A stretch of DNA of 64,000 nt from a virus (Duplodnaviria > Heunggongvirae > Uroviricota > Caudoviricetes): IMG/VR virus record IMGVR_UViG_3300033489_000001, positions 347,619-411,618 of that record; one strand, 5' to 3'. The position numbers were made by a program, and so were the translations under genes. Positions 10,610-21,300 of the stretch are shown here, in pieces. The notes beneath the pieces were generated by a model that was not told where the DNA came from, ran no database searches, and saw nothing but the letters and a program-made list of their open reading frames with translations. The first letter of the stretch is position 1. Each line of letters opens with the position of its first letter.

Positions 10610-13600
10610 TAGACCTCAGTAAAAGCTCTCCAGGTTAATACAAGTAGCCCTAAGTCAATCACTTCCATTGGGGCAACGTTAATGTCATGAGAACCAGAAT
10701 CTCCACGTATTACATAGCTCGCCGAAAATTCATGCTTTGACGGATCATCCGGGGGAACTCCTGAACCGAGCAAAGACACAACTACGTGATTGGCCGTCCT
10801 TCGTAATCGTTCCGCAGCATACTGATCGGGTAAGAATCCTTCAGCAGCCAATGTGGCGTCATCTGAATATCCTGTAATAATAGCGCCTCCAGACCCAATG
10901 ATGTACGCCTGATTTGAAGCGGAACACAAAAGAGCCAACGAAGAGGCTATTGTCATTGCTTCATCGTCTTGAAAAACGCCCTTATGTTCCGTTTCCAACC
11001 CGCCTCCATCAGTTGTCGGAAACTCCAAAGCATCTGCCAAGATGTAAGCAATATTCCCCCCAATATCTAGAGAAGGCAATTGAGTGTAGGTCGAAAGTAT
11101 CGTTTCCCGAAGCTTTTGACTCCCATCAGCGTAAGCCATTTTAGCCATGGGAAGGACATTAAATTGAACCCCAACGCTGTCATTTATTGCTGAATCTACA
11201 TTGGACTGAGCTACATCTTCACCGATGAGCTTCTTGTCTAAAACAAGGGATACATTATTGCGTACAGCCGGATCAGTTTTTTCTTTAGTGGCCCCCTTCT
11301 TAAGCTGAACCGTTGTCTCAATATCAATGGCGTTCAGTATAGATTGTTTCACAAGAACATCTGCTGTCACATGCCGCTTACCATTAATGATGGACTGCAA
11401 CTGTTGTAAGAGATCATTTATGACATACGATACAAAAAAGTTTTCATCATGGGTATAATCAATGGATACTTCTTGCCCACTTGCTATTAGAGAAGCAGAA
11501 GTTCGCACAACTCTGGCAGGCGTTGTAGAGGTGCCTTGAATGATGTCATAATCCGGTGCAGTAGATCCCGGAGCACTATACTCTACAGTTCGCAATTCAT
11601 TAAAAACACGAATTGTTGCTGTATTAATTCCAATAGAGTCCAACGGCTCTTGCTCAAATCCGATCAGCACATGAAGTTCATCATTAACCGTAATGGTGTC
11701 ACCACTTGGAATGCCTCCCGATGGAGTGATCGCCACATAGTTTCGAGCAATTGTACTTTCCTCATCTAAGAGAGGATCATCAGTTTTGTATAGCTGGTAG
11801 TGGACACCCGAAGTCAGTGCTCCTGAGACTTCACCAACAACCGAAGTAACACGGCGCACAGGTTGTAGAGTCATGTACAACCGATTCAAAACTTGGAAAC
11901 GATAATCAGCCGTAACTATGTCATCTAGGGCTGTGATGGGTTGAGCAATCGCCGTATTGAGTTGGAAAGTATTGTAGGTTAGGATAACCACTCCGGTCAA
12001 ATCATAATCACTCCCCGTGGTTACGTTCCTAACACCCAACCCCGAAGAAAGATTGTCTAAAATTTCAATGATAGGGGTTGTAGTCGTTACGCGAGAATCT
12101 AAGACTTTGAATTGCAGATTAACTACGTCAATAATTTGACACTGAATATCGCGAGCTATCTCAAAAGTAAAAGCGAACTTGTCCTGAACCTGCCTCTCTT
12201 GTACCCCTTGTACCCAAATATCAACCTTTCCTCCAATGTGCTTTTTCCTTACATCATCATAATCTCGCATCATGAGCGCATCTCCGCTCTTGATGATTCT
12301 ACTTTTAATAATGCCAATCTTCGCAGCACTAGTTGCGGAATAACCGGTTTCCGTTCCAGTATCTACAGAGGCAAAGGCTAACATAGACCGGGTAGCTAAA
12401 TCAGCATTTGATTCTTGATTGTCCCCCCAAACGGTGGCTGATTCGTTAATGGCCTGAAGCCCACTAACTCCGGTTACCGTCTTAATAGCACCAGCCGGAA
12501 CGTTACCCGCTGAACCTGACTGCTCCGCTACAATGGCGACTTGTATCTCGTAACGCCTAGCTTCAAAATTATAATAAGCTTCCGCGTTTATCGTAGGAAG
12601 TACAAACGAGCCTCCAATCCGAAAACGCTGAGCTGTAATACCCGTTGTTGCGTCCGCTGTTGAGATAGCGAAGGAACCAGCCGGTACTGAAATATCTTTT
12701 GTGGGCCTAGTTGTTGTGTAAAGAGTAAGAGATCCAACTGCTTGCCGTCCCGGAAGACGGGTTATATTTACATTGGCGGCTAACTTATCAAATTGTTGAT
12801 CAATTAATCCCTGTACAGATGAATCGTTTGTATACCCAAGAGCGGCCTTAAGAGCCTGCTTATAAGCACTGCTCGCTACAGGGTCAGAAACACCATTTCC
12901 ACTTACGTTGTCAATCGCAAGCAAAGTCAAAAAACTTTGGCTACGATGCACAAAATCTACCAAAAACCAAATACGTTCGGCTTCCGACGCAAAGGGATCA
13001 ATATCCACATCACGAGAAACGGAACCGGGAACCAGAGAAATCTCAGCATTTATCCTGAGAACGGCGCTCATGTAGTCCGTAACGATTTGCGTTTGCGTCC
13101 GACCTGGAAGATCTCGGATAGTTGTATCAATAATTAGCGGTGTACCAAGGACTTCTTGTGAATAAGGAGTTTCTACCTCCATGTTAGTTGCTGGATCAAA
13201 ATAAACACCGGTCACCACGTAATAAAGAGGATCAGTATCTGGAACGCTGATGAATTGGTCCGTGTTGATAATCCCAGTTCCCCCGGCCCGATTGTGATTA
13301 AAAACAAGGAATTCATTGAATGTGTAGTTTTGGATAGTTCCAGTAAACCTAATTTTTCCAGCTAAAGAAGCATTATCATGAAAAGAATCCAGACGAACTG
13401 CTAGTTCCTTACCAAACTCATCTTCTTCAGAGATTCTAAGACGTATGTTCTTATTTGAACTCACGTCCCATATGGCAAGATCATCGTAGGCTACAATGTC
13501 ATCTTCTTCAAACTCACTAGGGGAAGTCAGAGGTTTTTCATTAATTTTATAGTATCCTGTTGCTCCTGCGGCTGTTACTGAGGCATAAAAATTGAAACCT

Positions 13601-14040
13601 AAAAAAGTTGCGATAGTGAGTAAAGGATTGGGTTTGGCGACTAGTATATCAATGGAATTTCTGTTACGACGCACTCTAATCCCCGTAGGAGTTTGCGTTC
13701 CCGGAGTATCTTCTTCTGTAACCCGTGTCACAACCACGGAGGAAGTTGCCGAAACGCCTCCTACAAGGTCAATTGTACGAATGAGGATTGTGTTAACCCC
13801 AAACTCTAACGGTAATCCAGTTGGATAAATCGTCAGATTAGGAATTGTGAAAGTTAGAAGAGAGAACGTAACTAAATTTGGGTCAGAAACAAATACTCCC
13901 CCATTTATTGAAACCTGTATCGAGACGGTAGTTACATCGACGATGCCTTCAATATAAATCGCTTCTTCATTGGTCGTAAAAACCAAATTTTCAGTCGTAC
14001 TTGATCCATCTCTTAATAAAATTTGAGGAGTGGTGGCCAT
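10609..14040 (-). CDS. Baseplate J-like wedge protein (T4 gp6/P2 gpJ family), extended
   Basis: DKLAANVNITRLPGRQAVG, VAEQSGSAGNVPAGAI, NESATVWGDNQESNADLATR and GGKVDIWV are Baseplate_J motifs. Confidence 0.85.
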   Translation of the reverse strand: MATTPQILLRDGSSTTENLVFTTNEEAIYIEGIVDVTTVSIQVSINGGVFVSDPNLVTFSLLTFTIPNLTIYPTGLPLEFGVNTILIRTIDLVGGVSATSSVVVTRVTEEDTPGTQTPTGIRVRRNRNSIDILVAKPNPLLTIATFLGFNFYASVTAAGATGYYKINEKPLTSPSEFEEDDIVAYDDLAIWDVSSNKNIRLRISEEDEFGKELAVRLDSFHDNASLAGKIRFTGTIQNYTFNEFLVFNHNRAGGTGIINTDQFISVPDTDPLYYVVTGVYFDPATNMEVETPYSQEVLGTPLIIDTTIRDLPGRTQTQIVTDYMSAVLRINAEISLVPGSVSRDVDIDPFASEAERIWFLVDFVHRSQSFLTLLAIDNVSGNGVSDPVASSAYKQALKAALGYTNDSSVQGLIDQQFDKLAANVNITRLPGRQAVGSLTLYTTTRPTKDISVPAGSFAISTADATTGITAQRFRIGGSFVLPTINAEAYYNFEARRYEIQVAIVAEQSGSAGNVPAGAIKTVTGVSGLQAINESATVWGDNQESNADLATRSMLAFASVDTGTETGYSATSAAKIGIIKSRIIKSGDALMMRDYDDVRKKHIGGKVDIWVQGVQERQVQDKFAFTFEIARDIQCQIIDVVNLQFKVLDSRVTTTTPIIEILDNLSSGLGVRNVTTGSDYDLTGVVILTYNTFQLNTAIAQPITALDDIVTADYRFQVLNRLYMTLQPVRRVTSVVGEVSGALTSGVHYQLYKTDDPLLDEESTIARNYVAITPSGGIPSGDTITVNDELHVLIGFEQEPLDSIGINTATIRVFNELRTVEYSAPGSTAPDYDIIQGTSTTPARVVRTSASLIASGQEVSIDYTHDENFFVSYVINDLLQQLQSIINGKRHVTADVLVKQSILNAIDIETTVQLKKGATKEKTDPAVRNNVSLVLDKKLIGEDVAQSNVDSAINDSVGVQFNVLPMAKMAYADGSQKLRETILSTYTQLPSLDIGGNIAYILADALEFPTTDGGGLETEHKGVFQDDEAMTIASSLALLCSASNQAYIIGSGGAIITGYSDDATLAAEGFLPDQYAAERLRRTANHVVVSLLGSGVPPDDPSKHEFSASYVIRGDSGSHDINVAPMEVIDLGLLVLTWRAFTEV

Positions 14041-14051
14041 TTATAAATTCC

Positions 14052-15176
14052 TTACCCGGATAAAACAGTACTACTTAAAGATTGTCTAATCGTTCCTTGA
14101 GTCAGGGCCAAACTTTGAGGTGATCTTAATCCTCGTGTGAATTGGATTGACTTATTAGATCTATTCTGAACCGTTATGTCAACAAATATGACGGTGGGAT
14201 CTTGATCCGATTTTTGAAGGTTTACAGAAAGGAGCCTAAAAGGAAACTCTTCATCTGTCACAAGTTGACCAACATCCTCTTCTTGCTGACGCTTAATCGA
14301 TTGCCACCGATTGAATGCTTGATAGAGATCTGACACAACCATGTTTTGTGCAAACCCACTAGCTGACAGTTTCTTGCCAATGGACTCAATAAGCTGTGTG
14401 CCATACCAGGTGTGGAATTGATTGCTGCCTTGCATGGTGTAAAAATCTTTTTGCAGTTCTTGAATAAGTAAAGCTTCATCTCTGACTTCAACGATGTCCC
14501 CATTCAAATCATAGCGCCAATCATTCTCATACCCAGTACCCCCACAACGACGGCACTCTTCCCGTAGTGTGACATAAGAAATCTCCACAAAGTTAGAATC
14601 ACTTTTTAGAGGTTCATCAAATATGATCAGCCTTGCTGGACGATCTGCAAGCGTGGTAGGGTCACTAACAAGGGTCCATCCCGGAACCGATTGCTGACCT
14701 CGATAATTGCGGTTAGTTGTAAAACCAAACACGCTCGCCGCTGTACTGGTAGCTTTCAAGAAAATACTAGCTGAAGGCCCTGAATTTCTTGTAGTAAACA
14801 CTAAACGCTCATTTACAACCGAAAAGAATATTCCCGTAAACTGTTGATTCAGTAAGTCTACAACACGAGAAGCAGTCATCTGATTTAGAGCTGGAAGCGT
14901 AACTGTTTGTAAGGCCCCTTCATTCACCGTCAATTCTAAAATATCGTTGACACCGGTTGTAATGCTAAAAGGACCACGTCTTGTTCCTGAAGAAGTGGCA
15001 GGTAAAAAAACGCCAGATGAAGGTACAGGAATTAGGTTATTGAGCAAAACCTTAACTGAAGAAGCCGATGAAATGGGCCTTAAAGGACTTACAGTTTGCC
15101 GATCAGAAGCTGGAAAGAGAGCTTCCTCGGTTACTGCATGGGGACAAACTTGATCTAGTAAGCGGTCGGCTGACAC
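14052..15176 (-). CDS. gp25/gpW-like baseplate wedge protein with N-terminal extra domain
   Basis: C-terminal LLIQELQK...GSNQFHTWYGTQL...VIFVDITVQN matches the gp25 pattern; CRRCGG knuckle; precedes the gpJ-like gene. Confidence 0.65.
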   Translation of the reverse strand: MSADRLLDQVCPHAVTEEALFPASDRQTVSPLRPISSASSVKVLLNNLIPVPSSGVFLPATSSGTRRGPFSITTGVNDILELTVNEGALQTVTLPALNQMTASRVVDLLNQQFTGIFFSVVNERLVFTTRNSGPSASIFLKATSTAASVFGFTTNRNYRGQQSVPGWTLVSDPTTLADRPARLIIFDEPLKSDSNFVEISYVTLREECRRCGGTGYENDWRYDLNGDIVEVRDEALLIQELQKDFYTMQGSNQFHTWYGTQLIESIGKKLSASGFAQNMVVSDLYQAFNRWQSIKRQQEEDVGQLVTDEEFPFRLLSVNLQKSDQDPTVIFVDITVQNRSNKSIQFTRGLRSPQSLALTQGTIRQSLSSTVLSG

Positions 15177-15186
15177 TTTATTTTCC

Positions 15187-15921
15187 TTAAACTTGAGGTT
15201 TTACGGGGCCATCTAAGGTACGTTCATAAGAAGTAGCTGTAGCTCCTTTTTCACTAGGCGTGTAACCTGCCATTGGAGCCCTGGCCAATTTTCCATGTGG
15301 ATCGAGGTTAGCCTCGTCATTCGTGGCAGCCATATATGCACTATCAGTAATTAAGGTGCCCATTTCCTTAATGTAAAATTCCAAAGACCCCTCAGTATCT
15401 ACGCTGGCTTTAAGTAATTTTAACTCTTTGATTTCAGCATCTAACTGTTCTGCGTAATCAACAGCCCTGCGAATCTTTCGCTCTAGGTAGTCACGCCGTC
15501 TATGTAAATCTCCTTCGATCCACTTCCGCATCTTTTGCATAATGGTAGCGGATGGGGCATCGGCCATACCCAAAACGCTTATTACTTCACCGTTGCTCAA
15601 TAATTGAGCCGGTTGGGTTTCACTTCCTTCTAATCTAAAAACCGGTTGGGAAGCGTTACGAACTTGCAAATCAAACTCAGCATCCCCACCAAGAGCTTCA
15701 TAAGCCCCGAAAAGTTTACCACAGTAGGTATTTGGGGGATCATCTTTAAAAGCCGTAGGCAAGCCCCCTGAATCGTACGCAAAAGCCAAATTCCCAACGC
15801 GATCACGTTCCGCTTGAAGATGAGCTATCCGAGCATCAATAAGCTGCACCTGATTGCGCACGTAGGTCTGGAACCGCGCAAACTGACTGGCAGTGAACGT
15901 TCCCTGAATGTCGTGGCTCAT
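15187..15921 (-). CDS. Hypothetical coiled-coil protein in baseplate cluster
   Basis: 244-aa ORF, co-oriented and tightly packed; two heptad-like segments. Confidence 0.6.
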   Translation of the reverse strand: MSHDIQGTFTASQFARFQTYVRNQVQLIDARIAHLQAERDRVGNLAFAYDSGGLPTAFKDDPPNTYCGKLFGAYEALGGDAEFDLQVRNASQPVFRLEGSETQPAQLLSNGEVISVLGMADAPSATIMQKMRKWIEGDLHRRRDYLERKIRRAVDYAEQLDAEIKELKLLKASVDTEGSLEFYIKEMGTLITDSAYMAATNDEANLDPHGKLARAPMAGYTPSEKGATATSYERTLDGPVKPQV

Positions 15922-15968
15922 TTTTAAAAACTCTCAACCTTTTCTTTAGAACTATGATAAGAGAGTTT

Positions 15969-18137
15969 TCAGAAGATCAACTTAAAGGCCGCCGAATAAA
16001 GGCTTACATTCGGAGCCACATAAGCAAAAGCAACACCTCCTGTATATCCGCCCGGCCCGCTCGGAGGCGGAGTTCCTCCTGCATTGTCAATAAGGGAAGC
16101 CCATTCATTAATATCGCCCTCTGTCTCAGAAACGCTGAGGATATAAAAACCAGCGGACAGATTAAGGATAAAATCCAAGATAGAGATCAAATATTGCAGG
16201 AACTGTTCCAGGGTGTTGATCTTCCGTTCGATGAGGTCAATGAACGCTTTAAGCTCATCTACAACTCCCGAATAAGCATCAAGAAGGGCTTGCATTTTTG
16301 CCAGCAATTCATACAAAAGTTGACCAGACCACGGAACGATATCCCGCAAAATGCTGATCTGAATCCAGTCAGGAGAAGTACCAACTAGCGTAAAAGCTTT
16401 GCAGAACTCTACGGCCGCTAATACATTCAAACGAACCAAGGGATCTTCAAAAACCTCTCCGTACAGAACCCCTGCGTCTTGAACGGCTTGCTTCCCGGCT
16501 GATTGAGGAACATTAGTAATTTCAAAAACCATGTCACTTAACGTCTTGGCCGTAAGATCCTTCGAATCTGTAGGGTCACCCTTTGGATAGGTGCCTTCCA
16601 TGAGAGCCTTGAATGCCACAGCAGAATTAGCTTGCAGCATTGCCCCGGCTACCATGATAGCTAAACGAGAGGAATTCCTCCGAACCAAAGTATTGTTCCA
16701 AGGATTTTCAGGCAGCTTCCCCTCAAAATCGGGCTGAAAAATTGCTGTTACAGCAGTACTGTTTACGGCATTGCCTACTAACGGAACAGCTTGAAATGAC
16801 GTAAGTGGCCCTGCCAAAGAAACAAGGGAACCCTTTCCAATATCAGAAATCACCGAAGGCTCCACAACTGCCCCTGTATTGGGATTCCACTTGTGCCCAG
16901 GTGTCAACTGCAAATGAAAGTTAAAAGAAAAAGCCGTTTGAAATAATCGCCTAAGATTTTCAATGACATCGAACTTATCAGGGTAGGTGGGGATTCGTAT
17001 GGGCGCTACCGGAGTGGCCTTACCCATAACAGGGTTATCTCCCGGCCATTTTAGGTAGTGACTTGAATCGACTACGTCCGTTTCTGGCGCTCCAAGAACT
17101 AGAGTTGTTCCTGAAACTGCTAAGTCCCCGCTAAAAGCTCGCACTCGATAATAGTAGGTCTTATCTAACTCAACATCCGTATCAATATACCGGAAGGTTC
17201 CTAACTGTCCTAAAATAAAAGTAGCCGTAGCTGTAGTGGCATCAATGACGATGTACTTTTGAAATTTAAAGAAAGGGTCATGATACTCATCTGTAAGTCT
17301 GACTTTACAAACAACCGGAACCCCCGGTTTTCCTCGTTGCTCAAACTTTGTAGGGAGCATAGCAGTAACCTGACCCGCTGCATCAGCATCCCCTAAGTTT
17401 GCTATGTCAACTTCACCCACGGCCGGATTGACTTCACTCTTCTCAATCAAAAACTTCGGGGGAATAAAGTTTACTGCAAGGGCTCCAAATAAGTCTGAGA
17501 AACCAGGGTCACCGGGAACCGTGGAAGGGGGTAAGGACCATTCTACCACAACTGACTCAGGTTGATCTTGAAAGAGTTTTACAACTGAAAGGATGGGATC
17601 TCCACTGGTTCCAAGAGGAAGCACTTTGAAGCTAGCAGGAGCTAAATATTGAGGGGTAAGAAATTGTTTTCCAAAGAAGTTAAGTAGAATCTGAATCAGA
17701 TGAACGAGGCCATTAGCGCTTTCCGCATCTGCCACAATAATAGTAAAGCCACTTTGATTTAATCCTGCAACTGGTTGAGGACGGTTTGGGTCACGAGAAT
17801 CATATAGTCCTGCCTTGAAACGAGTAACAAATGCGGAAAAACCACCTACGAAACGATTAAAATTGGGATCTTTTAACGGATTAGGAACATCAAACCAACC
17901 ATAAACCCCCGTTTGTTGGAGTGACGCAAATAGTTCTTGGATAAGCTGAAGGAGCGCTTCAACGAGGGCTTTAATTGGGTTTCCAAAATCAATGAGAAAC
18001 GCTTTTACAGTTTCCAGGATAGTCTTAAGAACTTCTAAGAAAAGCGTAAGGGTCTCTAAGATATTCCTAGCGCCTTCCAACAAATCCTGTCCCGGAAGCT
18101 GGATTGAAAAGGATTCCCAATTTGGAGTAGTGGCCAT
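15969..18137 (-). CDS. Hypothetical virion protein (amphipathic helical ends, FN3-like core)
   Basis: 722 aa; long amphipathic helices at both termini; YIDTDVELDKTYYYRVRAF FN3-like strand. Confidence 0.6.
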   Translation of the reverse strand: MATTPNWESFSIQLPGQDLLEGARNILETLTLFLEVLKTILETVKAFLIDFGNPIKALVEALLQLIQELFASLQQTGVYGWFDVPNPLKDPNFNRFVGGFSAFVTRFKAGLYDSRDPNRPQPVAGLNQSGFTIIVADAESANGLVHLIQILLNFFGKQFLTPQYLAPASFKVLPLGTSGDPILSVVKLFQDQPESVVVEWSLPPSTVPGDPGFSDLFGALAVNFIPPKFLIEKSEVNPAVGEVDIANLGDADAAGQVTAMLPTKFEQRGKPGVPVVCKVRLTDEYHDPFFKFQKYIVIDATTATATFILGQLGTFRYIDTDVELDKTYYYRVRAFSGDLAVSGTTLVLGAPETDVVDSSHYLKWPGDNPVMGKATPVAPIRIPTYPDKFDVIENLRRLFQTAFSFNFHLQLTPGHKWNPNTGAVVEPSVISDIGKGSLVSLAGPLTSFQAVPLVGNAVNSTAVTAIFQPDFEGKLPENPWNNTLVRRNSSRLAIMVAGAMLQANSAVAFKALMEGTYPKGDPTDSKDLTAKTLSDMVFEITNVPQSAGKQAVQDAGVLYGEVFEDPLVRLNVLAAVEFCKAFTLVGTSPDWIQISILRDIVPWSGQLLYELLAKMQALLDAYSGVVDELKAFIDLIERKINTLEQFLQYLISILDFILNLSAGFYILSVSETEGDINEWASLIDNAGGTPPPSGPGGYTGGVAFAYVAPNVSLYSAAFKLIF

Positions 18138-18143
18138 TTTAGC

Positions 18144-18329
18144 TTAGCTTCCGTATTGAAGCTTACTCAATTTTTTCTTCAGGCTTGTGATCTCAGCTTG
18201 GGTCGCAACGATACTAAGTTTACATACTTCTTTCATTTTACTGTTGATGGCAAACTCTCTCTTTTCCCATTCTACTTTGGGTTTTTGCGGTTCTTCCGGC
18301 ATTTCTTCTGAGATTAGCTTTTCGCTCAT
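18144..18329 (-). CDS. Small hypothetical protein
   Basis: 61 aa; ATGA overlap with the upstream gene; GAGGAG SD. Confidence 0.55.
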   Translation of the reverse strand: MSEKLISEEMPEEPQKPKVEWEKREFAINSKMKEVCKLSIVATQAEITSLKKKLSKLQYGS

Positions 18330-21300
18330 GACTCCTCAACGGCAAGTAACTTGACTAATTGATTGTAGATGTCAGCTTGTGCTTTAATCCGGTTTGCAAT
18401 AGCTGTAGCTTGTTTCACAACCAAACCAGATTCCAAATCTATCCTGCTGTCAATCCAGATCCATCGTTTATCGTAAAGCGTATCCGTGCTAATTAAAATG
18501 TTGACTACCGTATCAACGTCGGTAGGGAATGCCGTCCGACGAGCATCTACAATGGTATCTCTTACATTTAGGTCCGACACAAGAGTTGCCCTAGCAAATG
18601 AAGTAGTATCAGATGCACCACCCCGAACTACTGGAACCGGGGTTGTAATAAGCGCTTTGAATGTTGTGGCACTAACCAGCAAAGAGGTAAGCCCTGAATA
18701 AATAGTGAAGAGATCCACAAGGGATTCTTTTGAGACCCCAAAAACACTTACGATACGGTAAGCTACGCCTGAAATGATGGGGAAAGAAGGATCTACAAAA
18801 AGACGAGTCTCTGAAAAAACACTTTGAACTTGATAGATTCCGGCATCGCTTCCCGATTCAATAAAAACGTAATGAGTGGAATTAATTTCAGAGGTTATAA
18901 ATGTACCATTAGGATCATCTAACCTATTTGAAGTAGCTATACCTGTACTACTTACAAAAATATCCGTAAACACTTGATTAAAGAAGTTTAGAATAGCGGC
19001 TTGCTCTCCAGTATAAACTACTAACTCCTCTGCTAACGCCGTTTCTAATGTAGTAAGCCAATCTCCAGAAGTTCCTCCATAAGTAGCTAAAGAGTTGTCA
19101 ATTCGATAAGTACAGCCGGTCATTGAAGGAAGAGCTGGGGTCAGGGTCAAAGACACATTGCTGTTAATCGCCGAAATCTGTCTACGTTCTCCATTGTTAG
19201 TACTACTTGTACAAACAACTGTATATCCAACCTTTGCCAAGACTAAAAATAAAGCTGAAAGATCAACGAGTGTAGTTGTATTTGGAAATGTAGCTGTACC
19301 TGTAACGGCTAATGAACTTAGTGCTATCTCATAAGTGAACCCTGAATCCACAGAATTGAAAGGTGTGTCTACCGTTACCGTATCTGCTCCAACCGATGTG
19401 ATACGGACAAATGATGACGAAGCATTTAGCCCTGTTAAAATTCTCACTAAGTCATGAACTTGTGGAAGGGGTGCTCCGAAGGGTGTGGAATTAGTAATGG
19501 TAGTTCTTGCCAAATCAAGACTCCCTGTTCCAATAAAAGGATCAGTTGTGAAAGGAGGTCTGATCGTCCCAGAAGAATTATGAATGATGCTATCCTCAAT
19601 AGCTAAACTCACATCTTCGCTCACCGGATTAGGACTTTGAATCGGAAAACCCATTTCTCCATCGTCATCTTCAATGCCCCCATAAAGAGCCGGGAACTTG
19701 AGAGGAGCTGTCAAAGTGTTATTGAGATTAATCTTACCGGATAAAGCTTGAGCTTCTACCAAAGGGATGTTCAACGTTGGATCAGAGGGTGCGCTAATAT
19801 AGGTTACTTGCCCTGTCTCCCCATTGAAAGAGTAATCCCGGCTCAAAAGGTAATAGTTGAGTACATCCGCCCCGGTTTGAGAAGAGTCGTCAATAGGGGA
19901 ACGATAAACAGTTGTGCCTATATCCGACACTCCAGCCAAGCCAGAAACCGTCAACGTATTTCCTGAAATACTTGAAATGGTAATTGGAGAAGAAACATTG
20001 TTGATAAATGTTCCGTCTCTACGTTGTACCACACATTTCATCCCATTCTTGAAGGGAGGTCTTGCATAAACATCTGACCCATCAGCATCATCTATTTTTA
20101 GTTTTGTAGCACCTGAAGTTGCAGTGGACTCAGTAAGAACACCCCACGCCAATCTCGTATGAAGGTTAGATACAAGAGTTATATTCGTAGCCTTTGTGTC
20201 TAGTACCTCATCCCCAGTTTCTGATTCATCCGTGACCGCAGAAACGCCAAAGAAGTTCTTTACAGTCGGATAGAATCGACTAAGCGGACCAGTCATATAG
20301 TACTTCTTATATGTCCCGATAGAAGTAACGGCAAAAGGAGGAAAAGTAATTGTGTAAGGAGCTGGTGAAACCTGAATCAGGTCATCAATTTGATTTAACG
20401 CTAAAACTCGATACTTACCAGCATCAGTGGTTGGCAAAGCTGTGTTTAGAGTAAGCCGTGTGGCTAACGGAACGGCTATAATCTGCCGCTTTAGAGCTTT
20501 GTTATCCCCACTAAGAATCTCTACCGTACGCCCTATCAAAACGGACGTGAAACTTGCCGAAGCATCATTCAAGGTAACGGTATCCGAAAAGGTTGCCGAT
20601 CCAGAAGGGTTGACAATACCCGTAGTTCCATCAAACAAGAAACGCCCATCGTTGTTACCTACAACACGGCCATCCAAGTATTGGAGAAGATCTTCAAGGT
20701 AATTGACCGCATCGTTATAAAATAAGAGACTCGACCGAGCTACAATATCTTGATTAGCTAAATGCTTCTCATCAAAATATAGAGAAGTACGCCCTTGCTC
20801 AAAAAGATTTGGTTGAGAAGAATTCGAGGTCTGCGGCCCGGAAGAACCGCTGCTAGCTTTAGACGCAATTTCAGCGGCGTACTCCCCACGGAAATTGGTC
20901 ATCGTTTCAACACGATAAAAGAACGTGTCTAGAGCCAAAAGGAAGTAATCAGCTTTGAGGATCTGCCCCTTTAGCCCGTTCGTGCTGTTAGGTGCAATTT
21001 GGCAAGTATAAGAAGCTTGTAAACTTGACCCCGCCTGTATCACTCGTGAGCCTGTATAAAAGATAGCAAACTCTTCTGCAAGGCGAAGTTCCGTTGCTAA
21101 AACTAACCTTCCCGAAGCATCTAAAGTATAATCGAGCGGGGAACTCAGGATAATACCAGCTTGCCCACTCACACGACGGTAAACGGTGTACGTCTGTGTC
21201 AAAATCGGGACGCCACTGGTTTGGACTTCAAGAGCAGGAGGTTCAAAAACAGGACGAACGGAGTACAGTAAAATTTGTGACCCTGGATTGTATTGACGAA

